A DNA stretch of 64,000 bases from Bacteroidales bacterium (GCA_015060975.1 SUXI01000005.1:55810-119809), one strand, 5' to 3'; counted from the stretch's first letter, positions 1-8,185 are shown. Translations and numbers: made by a program. Notes: generated by a model not told the origin, from the letters alone.

Positions 1-850
1 AAGTCGCCACATTGTTTGCCATATCGGCAATCAGCTCCCCGGTGGTCGATGTCTTGGTTTCAAGCTCAATCTGCACAGTCACATCTCCATCCACACGCAC
101 TACTTGCGGCAGGTTAAATGCCACTTGGCGGTCTATCGATGCGCCGTTTACCAATTCATTGTCATAATTTGTGCTTCCCACATGCAATCTGCCGCCATCT
201 GAACGCACAAAATACACTTTTTCAGTCCAGCTCCCTTTGGTTGGAGCGTTACCGTTGTTGGCTACGGTATATGTGAGGTTGATAGCCTCTCCGGGAGTCA
301 CCACACTGTTTCCGCACACAAGGTCGGTTACCACGAGGTCGGGGGTTGGCACTCGTTGCACCATAAATGTTGATGTAGCACTTGTTTCTGAAGCCACTTG
401 CTCTCCATTTTCATCACTTATCACAATATCGTTCAACACGATACTGCAAGTGTCGCCGGCTTGAGCCTCAGCGTCTATCGCAATGGGGAAATACATCAAT
501 ACCCCCGAGTTTCCCAATAACGGTTTGTTGTCATAAGACATTACAAACACTCGATATATATATTCCGAGCCATTAATGGTTCTCACCGATACGCTATGTC
601 CGTCAGAGCGATTGCTCATCACCGGAGCCACATTTTTTGACATAGGATAGGGTAAATCTATATCAAATTGCAATGCGGTTACAGCTCCCGAATTGACAAG
701 AGAGATTGGCACGCTCACATCTTTTCCAGCCGCGCCTTCCACATCGGTGAGCAAGAGCTTGTAATTGTCAATTTGCGCAAAAGAGGTGGCGGTGCACAGC
801 ATCGCTGCGCACACAATCCATAACCTCAAATTTGTTATCATATTTTTCAT
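1..850 (-). CDS. Secreted surface protein, N-terminal part only (gene continues past left edge): signal peptide, cohesin-like module, CARDB-like module
   Basis: Not in ORF track (no stop in window). Own reverse-strand translation from ATG 850-848 stays open to base 1: MKNMITNLRLWIVCAAMLCTATSFAQ (signal peptide); GKDVSVPISLVNSGAVTALQFDIDLP...GDTCSIVLNDIVISDENG (cohesin-like); PDLVVTDLVCGNSVVTPGEAINLTYTVANNGN (CARDB-like). Confidence 0.7.
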   Translation of the reverse strand, partial: MKNMITNLRLWIVCAAMLCTATSFAQIDNYKLLLTDVEGAAGKDVSVPISLVNSGAVTALQFDIDLPYPMSKNVAPVMSNRSDGHSVSVRTINGSEYIYRVFVMSYDNKPLLGNSGVLMYFPIAIDAEAQAGDTCSIVLNDIVISDENGEQVASETSATSTFMVQRVPTPDLVVTDLVCGNSVVTPGEAINLTYTVANNGNAPTKGSWTEKVYFVRSDGGRLHVGSTNYDNELVNGASIDRQVAFNLPQVVRVDGDVTVQIELETKTSTTGELIADMANNVAT

Positions 851-862
851 AATGAAATTCTG

Positions 863-3800
863 TTATTTTTTTAATTTACCGATGAAACAATCCTCTTCGG
901 CTATAACTTTCACAATATATACTTCATCGGTGAGATTTGTGGCAAATGTGTTTAATCCTTGTTTAAATTCCACTTCGCCACTGTTAAATACCAAGCTGCC
1001 CGATGTCGAGTAAACTTCCACATATCCGGTACCTATCGGCTCGGCACATTTCACGATAAGCTTGCCATCGTTCACACTTGCCGTTATCGACCGGTTATCT
1101 TTCAATAATGAAGATACCGACGATAAATCATTCGACACTTTTGCTGTGATTTCGTTGGCATTGGCATCGGCACATTTTATCGATGTAGGCACACCATAAT
1201 TCGACATAGTGAATAACACCGTTTCCCCGGCAGGGATAACCTCACCGGTGGGCGAGAATATCACTATGCGCACACCTCCATTGACGTCACGAGTCGATAT
1301 TTGGAAATCGGTCTTGCTCAATTTTTGACGTATTTGAGTTGATGTCACTCCACTCAATGTCACATCTATCGCGGCTACATCTTCGAGAGCGTTAAGCACT
1401 ATCATATTTCCATCGGCAAAGACTGTCGCTCCCGCCAATTTTGCGCCCAACGACATGGGTGTGTTTGTCGCTTTGCTCGAAACGTTTTGGCTTTCAAGCA
1501 CAATATTCACGGTTTTCACCACATCCAAGATATTATATATATCATCGTCGTTCAAGTCGGCGGCGGCGTAGTTAAAGCCGTAATTATAATAATCGCGACT
1601 GCCAAGAAGCTCATTAAGCGTGTGTTGCACATCGAGAACATCGGCAATGGCATCCATGTTGGAGTCACCAGGTTTCCAGCTTATGATAACCGGATATGCC
1701 GACTCGCTTGCCCAAGGATTATTATTAGTGAGCATAAGAAGCTTGTCTTGCTCAAAATCATAATCTCTATAATTTAATCCACCTGCATTGTAACGATAAT
1801 TATCTGTTACATTTGAGTAGTTTATGCTTCCATGCCAAGTGACTCTGCCTGCAGCATCAACATTATAAACATTATAATTTGGATTATAGCCAAAATCGGC
1901 ATTGTTGTGGTCATAAAGCTCAATGGCATGACAAGTGCCAACCATTCGGTCATTAAACTCATTGGCAATTTCGCCTATCATCACTTTCACCGGAGTGAAG
2001 CTGTCCATCGATGCAAATAATCCTTTTGATGTTCTGAATTGGTTGGTGAGATTGAGCGAGGTTATAGAGCGTGGAAGCGCTCCCGAAACACCTGTGAGAC
2101 GGTTATAACCGAGGTTCAACGTTGTGAGCGACGGCAATGAGTTGGCCATTGCTGTCACATCGCCACTCAACAGGTTATTGCTCAAGTTGAGAGTTGAAAG
2201 CAAAGGAAGATTGATCGTGACATTGGTCACATCACCACTCAATCCGTTATTGGCAAGTTCTATCGCAGTGGGCACACCATCAGCATTAAAAGTCACGCCG
2301 GGATAATTTTCGGGGGTGATATTATCACTTGCGATATTCCACTTTTTGCTCCAATTGTCACCTCCAAGGGCATTGTAGAACGCCGCGAGGGCGGTGTGAG
2401 CTTGGGCGTCCATAATAAACGGCTCACAATCTATTGCCGATGAAACCGTGTTGTTATTATCGTTGTCGGCTTCCATTACACGTTGAGCCTCATCGGTTGC
2501 GACAAACAGATATATAATACCTTCATCAACAGCCGGCATCTTGGCGTTGAATGTCACAGTGTAGCTTTCGCCGGGAGCGATATTGCCGTTATGGCTCATT
2601 GTCGCCAACTTGGTGGCGGTTGTGATGTCGGTGGAAGTGAGGCTGTAATATAGCGCGTCGGTCCACGACGACTCGGTTGTCGCCCCTACCCCATTGTTTG
2701 CCACTACTGCAGTAACGGTGAATGGTGCACCGGCATAGGCATATTCGGGAACTTGTGTGAAAATCACATTCAAATCGGGCAACAGACGTCCGGCGAATGT
2801 GTTCACACCGCTTTGCAGACTGTCACAACGTCCATAGGCTGTTACATACCAGTTATATGTATATCCGCTCTCTACATCTATGGCGTGATTTGTGGTGGTG
2901 ACATCTACAACGGTTGTCACCGGAGCTGTGTCTATACCCGAATCCACATCGGCAGTCAATCGTTTCGCTACATATAATCGATAGCTGTTAGCGCCTAATA
3001 TGTTGTTCCACGACAATGTTTGAGTAATAGGATCGACCGACGCGCCGTTTTGCGGTGTCATCGATGTGAAACTCTTCTCACTCACCCGGGTATATACATA
3101 TATCTTATGATTCTTCACCGTAACGGTGTCGCCACCATTGAGCAATGCCAAGTCATATTCCACATAGTCAACCACCTTGTTATGGTTGGTCAAGGTCATC
3201 GATGGCAACATATCTGTTCCGCTTTCAGTATATCCGTTCACCACCATGCCGTTGTGAGGTTTCACTTTCCATGCCACCTTCACGGCGTTATCGGTAGTGA
3301 TGCCCGAGAAGTCGAGCTGTTCGCTTGTGTCGCCCGAACAGATCTCCTCATCGGTATTGTTTAGTGACGTAAAGTCATATTCCACACCATTGAGGGTGAT
3401 TGTGACATTTTCGCCCATCAACGATGACAACAATCCGAGCATCACGTTTTTGTCGGTGGCGGTTGATGTGAATGCGAGTGCTGTATTGGTATTTTCCGAG
3501 GCTTTGAACAATATATGTTTGTTATATTGTTCAAGACGTGCCCGCACGTCATTGACAAGTGTCAACGCAGTAGAATCTATTGCGTCAAACACAAACTCTG
3601 CACTGTCGCGCACCGCCACTTCCACATCACCTCTCACTTCGTCGGTAACGAGGGTTTCAAACAGTTCGGTGAGCGAAATGAAATTGCGGTCGGTGCCTTC
3701 GGGCAATGTTTCATTGAGAGTGAAAAGCCCCTCGATGCCCACATTTACGGTATCGGCGCAAACCGGGCTCCAATGCCCCGAAGAACTTTGCGCGCGAATC

Positions 3801-4495
3801 ACGAGCAAATGCTCTCCCGAAAGTGAATCGGCAGGGATTATGTCGGTATCTACATTTACACCCTCCTCACCCTGGGTGAACGATAGCGGTGTGGCGTTGC
3901 CGTAACCCGGATCGGTGTCCCAGAAGTATTCCACTCGGGTGATATTGTTTCTCACACTGCGTTTAACGGCGACCATACGCTCTACTACCGGCGACCAGCC
4001 GTGAACGGTCTTAGCTCGCACAAACAGGCGGTGCGTGCCGTTTGCCATCGTGTCGGGAACAGCAATGTCGGTATTTATATCCACCTCCTCGCCTTGGGTG
4101 AACGATAGTGGTGTTGCGTTGCCGTAACCCGGATCGGTGTCCCAGAAGTATTCCACTCGGGTGATGTTGTTTCTAACACTGCGTTTAACGGCGACCAGCC
4201 GCTCTACTACCGGCGACCAGCCGTGAGCGGTCTTAGCTCGCACAAACAGGCGGTGCGTGCCGTTTGCCATCGTGTCGGGAACAGCAATGTCGGTATTTAT
4301 ATCCACCTCCTCGCCTTGGGTGAACGATAGCGGTGTGGCGTTGCCGTAACCCGGATCGGAGTCCCAGAAGTATTCCACTCGGGTGATGTCGTTTTCCACC
4401 TGCGCCTCTTGCGCTATGGTTAAAAACGGAATACTCAACATGAGGCAAACAACAATCCGGTGAACGATGGATTGATATTGCTTGCGATTATTCAT
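863..4495 (-). CDS. Large multidomain T9SS-sorted surface protein: 3x YFWDxDPGYGN repeats, CARDB-like, LRR run, dockerin-like pair, T9SS C-terminal domain
   Basis: 1210-aa ORF. Signal peptide (VVCLMLSIPFLTIAQEA); tandem ITRVEYFWDxDPGYGNATPLSFTQGEE modules; CARDB-like LLPDLNVIFTQVPEYAYAGAPFTVTAVVANNG; LRRs (LANNGLSGDVT, LNLSNNLLSGDVT, LNLGYNRLTG); dockerin-like loops GDSNMDAIADVLD and ADLNDDDIYNILD; C-terminal tail YVEVYSTSGSLVFNSGEVEFKQGLNTFATNLTDEVYIVKV. Confidence 0.85.
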   Translation of the reverse strand: MNNRKQYQSIVHRIVVCLMLSIPFLTIAQEAQVENDITRVEYFWDSDPGYGNATPLSFTQGEEVDINTDIAVPDTMANGTHRLFVRAKTAHGWSPVVERLVAVKRSVRNNITRVEYFWDTDPGYGNATPLSFTQGEEVDINTDIAVPDTMANGTHRLFVRAKTVHGWSPVVERMVAVKRSVRNNITRVEYFWDTDPGYGNATPLSFTQGEEGVNVDTDIIPADSLSGEHLLVIRAQSSSGHWSPVCADTVNVGIEGLFTLNETLPEGTDRNFISLTELFETLVTDEVRGDVEVAVRDSAEFVFDAIDSTALTLVNDVRARLEQYNKHILFKASENTNTALAFTSTATDKNVMLGLLSSLMGENVTITLNGVEYDFTSLNNTDEEICSGDTSEQLDFSGITTDNAVKVAWKVKPHNGMVVNGYTESGTDMLPSMTLTNHNKVVDYVEYDLALLNGGDTVTVKNHKIYVYTRVSEKSFTSMTPQNGASVDPITQTLSWNNILGANSYRLYVAKRLTADVDSGIDTAPVTTVVDVTTTNHAIDVESGYTYNWYVTAYGRCDSLQSGVNTFAGRLLPDLNVIFTQVPEYAYAGAPFTVTAVVANNGVGATTESSWTDALYYSLTSTDITTATKLATMSHNGNIAPGESYTVTFNAKMPAVDEGIIYLFVATDEAQRVMEADNDNNNTVSSAIDCEPFIMDAQAHTALAAFYNALGGDNWSKKWNIASDNITPENYPGVTFNADGVPTAIELANNGLSGDVTNVTINLPLLSTLNLSNNLLSGDVTAMANSLPSLTTLNLGYNRLTGVSGALPRSITSLNLTNQFRTSKGLFASMDSFTPVKVMIGEIANEFNDRMVGTCHAIELYDHNNADFGYNPNYNVYNVDAAGRVTWHGSINYSNVTDNYRYNAGGLNYRDYDFEQDKLLMLTNNNPWASESAYPVIISWKPGDSNMDAIADVLDVQHTLNELLGSRDYYNYGFNYAAADLNDDDIYNILDVVKTVNIVLESQNVSSKATNTPMSLGAKLAGATVFADGNMIVLNALEDVAAIDVTLSGVTSTQIRQKLSKTDFQISTRDVNGGVRIVIFSPTGEVIPAGETVLFTMSNYGVPTSIKCADANANEITAKVSNDLSSVSSLLKDNRSITASVNDGKLIVKCAEPIGTGYVEVYSTSGSLVFNSGEVEFKQGLNTFATNLTDEVYIVKVIAEEDCFIGKLKK
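3740..4393 (-). repeat. Tandem coding repeat, 222-bp unit, three copies (4393-4172 and 4171-3950 near-identical; 3949-3740 diverged)
   Basis: Direct comparison of the DNA: the two 222-bp units differ by only a handful of substitutions (4 of 74 residues at protein level); the third copy keeps NNITRVEYFWDTDPGYGNATPLSFTQGEE then diverges. Confidence 0.9.
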
Positions 4496-5579
4496 TTTGA
4501 GTTTTGATATTAAGTTTGATATTTAATTTTCCGTCGGTTGTAACAGCGGGAATGACTGCATTTGAGAAATAAGGATAATACAATGGCAATCCCGATGGCA
4601 CGTATGAGTCGCCGGCGTATGCTCCACAGTCAATGCCGCCCACTCCCGCTCCTTTGGCGGGACTGCCCTCACACAAACGATAATAGCGGTCATCTTCTGT
4701 CGCCCCCTCATTTGCCTCAAACACTAATGTTAAATCGGAGCTGTTCAAGAATGTATTGTTTTGGAAATTTACCATATTGGCATTATCGGCACTTGTGTTA
4801 AATAGATTATTCTCAACAATACAGTCATTATCCGGCAAATAGCAATTGCCGGAATCCGAATTCCTGTGATTCAAGATTATGTTATTTTTAATAGTCGAAC
4901 AATATACGTTATATATACAACAATTACCACTGTCATAATTAATAATGACGTTATTGGTAATTGTGGCGCTTCGCAAATCTCGCACAGAAATTCCTGAACG
5001 ACCTACATTATAATCACTGGAAATGGCATTCATTCCGCTTTTAATGATATTATTTGTTATAACCCAGTTTTTTGTATAGTTGATGTCACTACTGCCACGA
5101 AGCGCCTCACAACTTGTTTCAAAAAAATTGGCGTGGAATGTAACATTGTCAACTTGCTTGTATTTCCCAATTCCCATGGAACTAAATTGTTTAAAATGGT
5201 TGCGCTCAAAGGTGACATTACCGACGTTAAGCGTTCCTCCATCATAAAATGTGCAACCTTCGATTTTTATGCCATACGCATATATATCCACGGGATCTTT
5301 AAACGCAGCACAGATGAATGGCACATCCACATGTAAATAACCGGGTCCCACGATGGTGACACGCTTTGTGATATTCTGCGTACCTGTAATATATGCACCC
5401 GGGTCGAGATAAAGGGTGTCACCCTCTGCCACTCGCTCATCGTTCATAGCGGCATTCACATCAACAAAATCGGCACCCGAAGCGGTGTTGTTGTTAACTC
5501 TCCACGATGCGGCATTGAGGTGCAAGCCGCATGTCATAAACACTGTCGCAAGCAGCGACAAAACAAAAAGCTTTTTCAT
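4488..5579 (-). CDS. Secreted right-handed parallel beta-helix repeat protein
   Basis: 363 aa; signal peptide MKKLFVLSLLATVFMTCGLHLNAA; repeated rungs ITNNIIKSG, ITNNVIINY, IKNNIILNH, VENNLFN typical of the pectate-lyase fold; its stop overlaps the start of 863..4495 by 8 nt. Confidence 0.75.
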   Translation of the reverse strand: MKKLFVLSLLATVFMTCGLHLNAASWRVNNNTASGADFVDVNAAMNDERVAEGDTLYLDPGAYITGTQNITKRVTIVGPGYLHVDVPFICAAFKDPVDIYAYGIKIEGCTFYDGGTLNVGNVTFERNHFKQFSSMGIGKYKQVDNVTFHANFFETSCEALRGSSDINYTKNWVITNNIIKSGMNAISSDYNVGRSGISVRDLRSATITNNVIINYDSGNCCIYNVYCSTIKNNIILNHRNSDSGNCYLPDNDCIVENNLFNTSADNANMVNFQNNTFLNSSDLTLVFEANEGATEDDRYYRLCEGSPAKGAGVGGIDCGAYAGDSYVPSGLPLYYPYFSNAVIPAVTTDGKLNIKLNIKTQNE

Positions 5580-5754
5580 AAATTTATAGTTTTAATTAAA
5601 TTTTTGATAATACAATTCACGATAGGGATTCTATCTTTTATATAATGAAAAATTAAGGTTGGCCGAAAACAAAGTCAGGCCCCCGAAGACAGGGTCGCAA
5701 AATATGTCACCCGGCTCCGGCAGAAACAGTATATGTGATAATGAACGAGAAAAC

Positions 5755-5778
5755 GGCGCACAACGACACGATTGCGCC
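5755..5778 (-). promoter_or_regulatory. GC-rich hairpin in putative long 5' leader of the beta-helix operon (attenuator-like)
   Basis: ggcgca-12 nt-tgcgcc; on the minus strand followed by GTTTTCTCGTT; sits in a locally GC-rich island inside an AT-rich intergenic region. Confidence 0.25.
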
Positions 5779-5819
5779 TTTAAGATTAAAGGTTTTATTT
5801 AATAAAACATCACTAATTA

Positions 5820-5827
5820 CCCCCCCC
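5820..5827. repeat. C8 homopolymer in divergent intergenic region
   Basis: attac + ccccccc + aca read directly; 8 consecutive C. Confidence 0.9.
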
Positions 5828-5910
5828 ACAAGCTTTTACGCACACTTGAACAGGGTGTAAATACTGAATTCATGGTCATTTTCAATGCATTTTATATTAT
5901 AATCACAATG

Positions 5911-5918
5911 CAAAGTTA
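5911..5918 (-). promoter_or_regulatory. Candidate Bacteroides-type -7 box (TAACTTTG on minus strand)
   Basis: caaagtta on plus strand matches TAnnTTTG reverse-complemented; would give a leader of about 325 nt to ATG 5579. Confidence 0.3.
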
Positions 5919-6042
5919 GTGATTCATAACTAAAAACACCAAAATTTTATATTAAATTTTACATAAAGCAATCTGTTTTTCTAAAAAATCTTGATTCCTG
6001 CCCATTATCTCTCTTTCCGACATAAACTTTTTGGCTTTCACT

Positions 6043-6074
6043 TTGCAAATGTAATAAATGCATTACATTTGCAA
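6043..6074 (+). promoter_or_regulatory. Perfect 13-bp inverted repeat (ttgcaaatgtaat N6 attacatttgcaa), probable operator of the adjacent HTH gene
   Basis: Arms 6043-6055 and 6062-6074 are exact reverse complements. The right arm contains TACATTTG (6064-6071, TAnnTTTG match). The element overlaps ATG 6058 and ends 2 nt before ATG 6076. Confidence 0.5.
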
Positions 6075-6075
6075 C

Positions 6076-6432
6076 ATGAGAACTATAATAAGGAGTTCAG
6101 AATTTGATGAGTTTTACAACTCGCTACCTGCAAATGTTCAGAACAAGGTCAAACATCTTCCTACCACAGAGGACATGTTTGTCGATGAGTACGGAGCAAA
6201 AGGTACTGCTTCGCGTGATGAGTTCGATGCGAAGTCTCGTGCCTGGTACTATGCCGAGGTGTTGAAGAATGCCCGCAAATCAGCCGGGATTACCCAGCAA
6301 CAGCTTGCCGACAAGATTGGCAAGAAACGTGAGTATGTGGCTATGCTCGAAAAGGGTGAAACCGATATGCAGTTATCTACATTTATTATGATTTCAGAAG
6401 CTGTCAGCTTGAAATTCGCCTTGACTTACTAA
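6076..6432 (+). CDS. XRE-family HTH protein (HigA-like antitoxin) with an N-terminal stub resembling a RelE/ParE-type toxin
   Basis: ORF track 6058..6432; I prefer ATG 6076 (MRTIIRSS...). HTH: GITQQQLADKIGKKREYVAMLEKGETDMQLSTFIMISEAV. First 27 aa, MRTIIRSSEFDEFYNSLPANVQNKVKH, resemble toxin N-termini. ATG 6175 (MFVDEYGAKG...) is another possible start. Confidence 0.7.
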   Translation: MRTIIRSSEFDEFYNSLPANVQNKVKHLPTTEDMFVDEYGAKGTASRDEFDAKSRAWYYAEVLKNARKSAGITQQQLADKIGKKREYVAMLEKGETDMQLSTFIMISEAVSLKFALTY

Positions 6433-6518
6433 ACAACCCCTTTGGGGTTGCATTTGCTCTTGAAAATTTTTATCTGACACCTATATTATTTACCCTACTT
6501 TCAAGCAAAAAACAACTC

Positions 6519-6563
6519 ATAATTTGCCAAATCGCATAAAAAACACGGCATTTGGCAAATTAT
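6519..6563. repeat. 14-bp perfect inverted repeat (ataatttgccaaat N17 atttggcaaattat) between HTH gene and ATPase gene
   Basis: Arms 6519-6532 and 6550-6563 read as exact reverse complements; could be a terminator stem or an operator. Confidence 0.4.
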
Positions 6564-6578
6564 ATAAATTTTTCTTAT

Positions 6579-6586
6579 TAAATTTG
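6579..6586 (+). promoter_or_regulatory. Candidate -7 box TAAATTTG upstream of ATPase gene
   Basis: TAnnTTTG match ending 23 nt before ATG 6610. Confidence 0.35.
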
Positions 6587-6609
6587 CGCTAAACAAAACA
6601 TCAACAACC

Positions 6610-8025
6610 ATGATAATCGGAAGAGAAGAGGAACAGAAGATATTACGTTCAGCAGTGCAGTCAGAGTATTCAGAATTTATTGCTGTGTATGGTCGCAGAC
6701 GTGTGGGTAAGACATATCTTATCCGCGAAACATTTGGCTATAAGTTCACATTCCAACATACCGGTTTAGCTAAAGGTAACACCAAAGAGCAACTCTTTAG
6801 TTTTGCTATTTCACTACGAGATGCCGGTTATGATGATTGTCCTATTCCTAAATCGTGGTTGGAAGCATTTAGCCTGCTCTCTAATTTTTTGAAAAATTCA
6901 ACCGATGAAAAGAAAGTTATATTCCTCGATGAATTGCCATGGATGGACACATCTCGCTCCAACTTTATTTCTGCATTTGAACACTTTTGGAATGGGTGGG
7001 CATCGGCACGAAAGGATATTGTGTTGATAATTTGTGGCTCGGCTACATCATGGATTATCAATAAAGTGATTAACGACCATGGCGGCTTGCATAATCGTGT
7101 CACTCAGCAAATAGCCTTGCAACCATTTTCTTTGCGGGAGTGCGAAATATTCGCACAAAGTAAAGGACTTGAAATGAGTCGATATCAGATAGCAGAGTGC
7201 TACATGGTGCTTGGTGGAATCCCATTTTATTGGAGCCTGTTGGAAAAAGGATTGAGTCTCGCTCAAAACATTGACAAAATTTTCTTTTCAAAAAATGGCA
7301 AACTTTCCAACGAGTTTAATCAACTATATGCCTCGCTATTCAAATCACCCGAACAATATATAAATATTGTAACCGCATTAGGTAGAAAAAAGGCTGGTAT
7401 AACACGCGAAGAGATTATGACTGCAACCAATCAGCAAAGCAACGGTGCATTGAGCAAGGTGCTCGACGAACTGGAGTATTGTGGATTCATACGCAAATAT
7501 AATGGTTATGGCAAGAAGTGCAAACAGGCAATTTACCAGCTAATCGACAATTATACGCTTTTCTACTTTAAGTTTATTCAGCAAAACCAAAATAACGACG
7601 AGCATTTTTGGTCGGTATCTATCGACTCATCTATGCATCGTGCATGGAGTGGATTGGCTTTCGAGCGTCTATGTATGGCTCATACGCAACAAATCAAAGC
7701 CGGATTAGGCATTGCCGGCGTTCTAAGCAACGTTTATTCCTGGAGAAAAGAAGCTGATGAATATAGCAGTGGTGCACAGATAGATATGCTTATTGATCGT
7801 AACGACCAGATTATCAATCTATGCGAAATGAAATACTCATTAACTGAGTATGCTATAGATGCCGACTATGAAAAGAGCCTTCGCAATAAGAAAGCCATAT
7901 TCATTGACACAACGAAAACTCGTAAAGCTGTTCACTTAACAATGGTAACAACATACGGTGTGCGACGCAACACTCACTCAGGTATCGTTCAAAGCGAAGT
8001 CACTTTAGACGATTTATTCTTATAG
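6610..8025 (+). CDS. AAA-type ATPase of the Arch_ATPase/DUF234 family
   Basis: 471 aa; IGREEEQKILRSAV...FIAVYGRRRVGKTYLIRE (Walker A), VIFLDELPWM (Walker B-like); architecture typical of ATP-binding proteins with C-terminal DUF234. Confidence 0.8.
   Translation: MIIGREEEQKILRSAVQSEYSEFIAVYGRRRVGKTYLIRETFGYKFTFQHTGLAKGNTKEQLFSFAISLRDAGYDDCPIPKSWLEAFSLLSNFLKNSTDEKKVIFLDELPWMDTSRSNFISAFEHFWNGWASARKDIVLIICGSATSWIINKVINDHGGLHNRVTQQIALQPFSLRECEIFAQSKGLEMSRYQIAECYMVLGGIPFYWSLLEKGLSLAQNIDKIFFSKNGKLSNEFNQLYASLFKSPEQYINIVTALGRKKAGITREEIMTATNQQSNGALSKVLDELEYCGFIRKYNGYGKKCKQAIYQLIDNYTLFYFKFIQQNQNNDEHFWSVSIDSSMHRAWSGLAFERLCMAHTQQIKAGLGIAGVLSNVYSWRKEADEYSSGAQIDMLIDRNDQIINLCEMKYSLTEYAIDADYEKSLRNKKAIFIDTTKTRKAVHLTMVTTYGVRRNTHSGIVQSEVTLDDLFL
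6677..6714 (+). repeat. 38-bp exact direct repeat, copy 1 (inside ATPase gene, Walker-A coding segment)
   Basis: ttattgctgtgtatggtcgcagacgtgtgggtaagaca is identical to 8135..8172. Confidence 0.95.
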
Positions 8026-8134
8026 TTTCGTCCCTCATAAAAATTATATTACTGCCCGATAAAACTTTTTTATTAGCTCTCCCCTTGATTGCAAAGCAAT
8101 TAGGGGGGAGTACCACGAAGTGGGGAGGTGGTTA

Positions 8135-8172
8135 TTATTGCTGTGTATGGTCGCAGACGTGTGGGTAAGACA
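8135..8172 (+). repeat. 38-bp exact direct repeat, copy 2 (non-coding, 110 bp after the ATPase stop)
   Basis: Identical to 6677..6714; flanks on both sides are unrelated. Confidence 0.95.
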
Positions 8173-8185
8173 ATACTATAACAAT

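Noticed and set aside
3297-3905. Long antisense ORFs inside strongly supported genes (for example 3297..3905 +, 9378..9935 +, 17616..18110 +, 34581..34973 +, 58752..59264 +, 59733..60206 +)
   Set aside because: Each lies entirely within a gene on the other strand that has clear family motifs. Their translations are low-complexity, lack any recognisable motif, and have no upstream promoter-like sequence. They are treated as shadow ORFs.
3740-4393. Regular repeats as a possible CRISPR array
   Set aside because: The 222-bp units are contiguous, in frame and protein-coding, with no spacer/repeat alternation. No cas genes are in the window.
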